The notes under the pieces: model-generated
What the model saw: the letters and a program-made list of their open reading frames with translations, nothing else
Told to the model about the DNA's origin: nothing
Database searches by the model: none
Program-made: the position numbers and the translations under genes
Origin: Oscillospiraceae bacterium
GTDB taxonomy: Bacteria; Bacillota; Clostridia; Oscillospirales; Ruminococcaceae
Direction of reading: 5' to 3'
Length of the DNA stretch: 64,000 nucleotides
NCBI GenBank assembly: GCA_024404915.1
Contig: JAKSPJ010000006.1
Coordinates: forward strand, 62,285-126,284
Shown here: positions 61,310 to 64,000 of the stretch, in pieces
Numbering within the stretch: position 1 is the stretch's first letter
Layout of the letters: each line of letters opens with the position of its first letter

Positions 61310-62569
61310 TTATTTACCCTGTTCCTTATCCAGGAATGCAATCAGGTCTTCATACTTTGCAGAAGCGATACGCTGTTTTTTCTTCGGTGCGGGAGCAGCT
61401 TCCTTGACCTTTTCCTGCTGCGGTTCTTCCTGAATGGGTTCTTCAGGTTCTTCTGCTTTTTCAGGGGTCTTGGGCTTTTCAAAATCACCGAAAGCCTGTT
61501 CCTGTGCAGCCTTTGCAATGGCCTGAGCCTTTGCCATGTGTTCCTGTTCTCTCTTTTCTGCTTCAATCTGTTCCGGTGTGGGAATATGCAGATGACCGGT
61601 AGAGGTCAGGCGGGGAATCTGTTCGCTGGGTGTGGGCTTCAGTTCCGGTTCCGGTTTCTTTTCCTCTTCATCTCCGATTTTCGGAATGGAGAGGGTGTGT
61701 GTCTTGGTAATAATTTCAGTGGTATACAGCGGAACGCCGTCCGGGGTTTCTGTCTTGCGACGGGATTCCATGTTTGCACGAATAGAAGCAATGCGTTCCG
61801 CACGCTGCTGTGCTTCCTGTGCTTCCTGCTGTTCCCGTTCCTCCGGTGTCAGCTGCTTTTGCTTGGCTTTCTCAGGTTCATCCTCATACATTGCATCGTC
61901 AAATGTTTTCTTTTTGTCTTTTTCCATGGATTTTCGTTTTGCGTCACGCTCTGCAATTTTCTGCTGCTTTTTCTGGATGGACTTTACAAAAGCAAGGTCC
62001 ACATCATCTTCGTCCACAAAGTTGGAATCCTCATCATCCTTCTTGCGGGATGCGCTTGCGATGAAATAAATAAACATAATCAGGATAGGGAGAATCAAGC
62101 CGACGACAATACCGGGCATGCTCAGCAGTGTGCCGACGATGCGGCCCAGCTCCGGGCTCTTTCTCTTGCAGACGCCGATGATGGCATCCTGCTCACAAAG
62201 ATTGGATTGACTGTCGACACGGGATGTCAGGTAGTAGGAAGAAGCTGTTTGTCCGGGTACATTGGAATCTGCTTCCACAATCAGGGAGACATCAGCGATA
62301 TGATACTCATTCTTTTCGTTGCGGTACAAAACTGTATCATAGCGGTTGATTCTTTCTGCATCCTCTGCAATAATAAAGGAGCCTTTTCCGATTTCATCTC
62401 CCATATCATCATACCTGTAATAGCAGCAGGAGTAGGAAAGGATTTTCGGAACGGAATCACCACGGAAGAGCAGCTGTACAGCACCTGTTGTGACTGCTGT
62501 AATCAGCAGGAAAAAGATGAGAAGTGCACCTAAACAGGAACACCCTTTTTTTGCCTTGTTTTTTGCCAT
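61310..62569 (-). CDS. Membrane protein with SipW/S26-like ectodomain flanked by two TM helices and a long Lys/Glu-rich cytoplasmic tail (function unknown)
   Basis: TM1 LGALLIFFLLITAVTTGAV, ectodomain ...DDMGDEIGKGSFIIAE...YDTVLYRNEKNEYHIADV..., and TM2 IVVGLILPILIMFIYFIA. This is followed by about 250 aa of KE-rich low complexity. Confidence 0.65.
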   Translation of the reverse strand: MAKNKAKKGCSCLGALLIFFLLITAVTTGAVQLLFRGDSVPKILSYSCCYYRYDDMGDEIGKGSFIIAEDAERINRYDTVLYRNEKNEYHIADVSLIVEADSNVPGQTASSYYLTSRVDSQSNLCEQDAIIGVCKRKSPELGRIVGTLLSMPGIVVGLILPILIMFIYFIASASRKKDDEDSNFVDEDDVDLAFVKSIQKKQQKIAERDAKRKSMEKDKKKTFDDAMYEDEPEKAKQKQLTPEEREQQEAQEAQQRAERIASIRANMESRRKTETPDGVPLYTTEIITKTHTLSIPKIGDEEEKKPEPELKPTPSEQIPRLTSTGHLHIPTPEQIEAEKREQEHMAKAQAIAKAAQEQAFGDFEKPKTPEKAEEPEEPIQEEPQQEKVKEAAPAPKKKQRIASAKYEDLIAFLDKEQGK

Positions 62570-62716
62570 AAAAATCTTCGCAGTCGTAAAAGACTGCTCT
62601 CCTTTCTTTGTAGTTTGATATATTGTGATACTCCTATACAGTATACCATACTTTCATAAAAAATACAATTCTTTTTTTATCTTTTTTACGCATGCAATTT
62701 TTTTTATACTTGATAC

Positions 62717-62745
62717 TTGACTTTTTTAGGAAAATATGCTATAAT
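62717..62745 (+). promoter_or_regulatory. Sigma-A type promoter of tRNA-Thr
   Basis: TTGACT, 17 nt spacer, TATAAT, with a TGC extended -10. Confidence 0.6.
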
Positions 62746-62779
62746 AATGAAGCTTCATTCGGGAGAGTGCAGTGTTTTT

Positions 62780-62852
62780 GCTTGTGTAGCACAGCTGGTA
62801 GTGCAGCTCATTCGTAATGAGCAGGTCGCAGGTTCGAATCCTGTCACAAGCT
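62780..62852 (+). tRNA. tRNA-Thr (anticodon CGT)
   Basis: The 73-nt cloverleaf folds by hand. Acceptor GCTTGTG/CACAAGC, anticodon stem GCTCA/TGAGC, loop TTCGTAA, T loop TTCGAAT. Confidence 0.9.
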
Positions 62853-62858
62853 TTACAG

Positions 62859-62896
62859 AAAAAGCGCAGTTTCAGAACTGCGCTTTTTTATTTTAT
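62859..62896 (+). terminator. Intrinsic terminator of tRNA-Thr
   Basis: AAGCGCAGTT-tcag-AACTGCGCTT followed by TTTTATTTTAT. Confidence 0.75.
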
Positions 62897-62916
62897 GTGT
62901 ATCCGGCATATAGCGT

Positions 62917-62952
62917 AAAAAGACAGCAGTCATAAAGGCTGCTGTCTTTTTT
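62917..62952 (-). terminator. Intrinsic terminator of the GH5 gene (A and T runs on both sides, potentially bidirectional)
   Basis: GACAGCAG-loop-CTGCTGTC flanked by AAAAA and TTTTTT. Confidence 0.65.
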
Positions 62953-62957
62953 AATTA

Positions 62958-64000
62958 TTAACCTCTGGAAGCGACGCCTTCCATCATGCCGGAGAGAATC
63001 TGCGGATAACGGATTGTCAGTGTGTTGCGGTCGAGCAGACCGAAGTTTTCACCTTCACCGGAGAATGCGTTGTTATCCCAGTATACGCACGGAATGCCGT
63101 AGCTGGATGTTGTCTCAAGATAGTACTTGATCCATTTTGCACGCTCATCAGCATTGCCGTCACGGTCTCTTGCGCCGAACTCATCGATGATAACCGGAAT
63201 GCCGTTGTTCAGGAACCGGCTCTTCAGGTCATTCAGGAAGGAGATGACTTCGCCGCCTGTGGAAGGATCCCACACGGATACAGGGCTGTCATTCGGGCCG
63301 GCCAGTGCAAAATGATATGGTCTGTATGCATGAATTTCTGCAATCAGGTGGTCATCATCGGGCATCTTCATGCCGTTGAGGTTTGCTGCATCAGGGGATG
63401 CAGAGTAGGTAGGCATCATAACAAAACGCTTGGTGTTATTGCCGCCGGATTTACGGATGACATTCAGTGCAGCTGCATTCAGCTTATTGATGTTTTCCAT
63501 TGCTTCCGTACAATCTTTATTGGAGGGGTTGATCCACCATTCATTATCGTGTCCGATCAGACGAGGTTCATTGAGCGTTTCAAAAATCAGATGGTTGTCA
63601 TAAGCCTCAAAGCGGTCAGAAACCTGCTGCCATACAGAGGTGACAAATCTTTCGGACTGGTTGTAATACTGGTTGGAAGGATAGAAGAACGGATAGTTCG
63701 CAATGTCGTTATCGTGATGGATGTTCAGAATGCAGTACATATCGTTGTCAATGACGTAATTGACGACTTCCTGAACACGGTCCATCCATGCCTTTTTGAT
63801 TTCATATGTGGAATTATCCATTTTCTGGCCCCACGATACCGGAACACGTACTGTGTTGAAGCCTGCATCCTTGATGGCATCGATCATGGCCTTTGTAGTA
63901 AGCGGATTGCCCCAGGAGGTTTCTGCGCCGGATACAGTATTCTGCGGCCAGGTTACGCTCTGTGCCTCCAGGGAGTTGCCCAGATTCCAGCCGATCTTGA
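62958..64000 (-). CDS. Glycoside hydrolase family 5 (endoglucanase/cellulase-like), 5'-truncated by the window edge
   Basis: The reading frame stays open upstream of the ORF-track Met to the window end (KIGWNLGNSLE...ETSWGNPLTT). FETLNEPR contains the acid/base Glu, IAEIHAY is present, and DEFG contains the nucleophile Glu. Confidence 0.85.
   Translation of the reverse strand, partial: KIGWNLGNSLEAQSVTWPQNTVSGAETSWGNPLTTKAMIDAIKDAGFNTVRVPVSWGQKMDNSTYEIKKAWMDRVQEVVNYVIDNDMYCILNIHHDNDIANYPFFYPSNQYYNQSERFVTSVWQQVSDRFEAYDNHLIFETLNEPRLIGHDNEWWINPSNKDCTEAMENINKLNAAALNVIRKSGGNNTKRFVMMPTYSASPDAANLNGMKMPDDDHLIAEIHAYRPYHFALAGPNDSPVSVWDPSTGGEVISFLNDLKSRFLNNGIPVIIDEFGARDRDGNADERAKWIKYYLETTSSYGIPCVYWDNNAFSGEGENFGLLDRNTLTIRYPQILSGMMEGVASRG

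Overview
This window covers the chromosomal replication-origin neighbourhood of a Clostridia-type Firmicute. Thr/Ser-rich linkers in secreted proteins, a GH5 cellulase and the overall gene content suggest a Ruminococcus/Oscillospiraceae-like organism, but that is inference only. All calls were made by eye from the sequence and the supplied ORF translations; no searches were run.

Left of the origin, every gene is on the minus strand. The order is dnaA-dnaN-yaaA-recF-remB-gyrB, two YcxB-like membrane genes, gyrA, two small membrane genes, an Sfp-type PPTase, an SDR, purB, secD and secF. These are followed by a TIM-barrel isomerase, nrdR, a pseudouridine synthase and an orphan MsmX/MalK-type ABC ATPase. 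folD, a lipoprotein and two tandem zinc-ribbon membrane paralogs lie at the left edge.

oriC is visible as two DnaA-box clusters flanking dnaA. The dnaA-dnaN spacer carries a TAG-trinucleotide (DnaA-trio-like) run next to two adjacent box-like 8/7-mers sharing a GTGGAA core.

Right of the origin the genes are on the plus strand:
- a YfhO-family membrane protein with a C-terminal SHOCT tail
- a MetRS-like ligase
- small membrane and zinc-ribbon proteins
- a flavodoxin and surE
- an SH3b lipoprotein
- a ComEA-like protein
- a sugar ABC importer (binding protein plus two permeases, no ATPase)

tRNA-Arg(CCG) lies among these on the minus strand.

A 19-kb minus-strand block follows (39.9-58.6 kb). 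It gathers almost every glutamine-making or glutamine-using enzyme:
- dapL
- an in-frame carB-dapF fusion ORF, and carA
- GS type III
- a pseudo-receiver ANTAR regulator and a GS type I-like gene
- purF and pyrG
- a five-gene split archaeal-type glutamate synthase

A fused amtB-PII gene is transcribed divergently from this block. tRNA-Thr(CGT) and a partial GH5 gene close the window.

I found no transposase, integrase, phage gene, CRISPR array, restriction or toxin-antitoxin module, so most of the window is ordinary core genome.

The best lead for something under-described is the nitrogen-control module. It comprises a GS-like gene coupled to a phospho-acceptor-less ANTAR antiterminator. Three nitrogen-assimilation leaders (GS III, split GOGAT, amtB-PII) each start with a small hairpin bearing an AANGGC hexaloop that is mutually exclusive with an intrinsic terminator. 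Secondary leads are the carB-dapF and amtB-PII fusions, the gyrB/gyrA-embedded membrane genes, and the oriC architecture.
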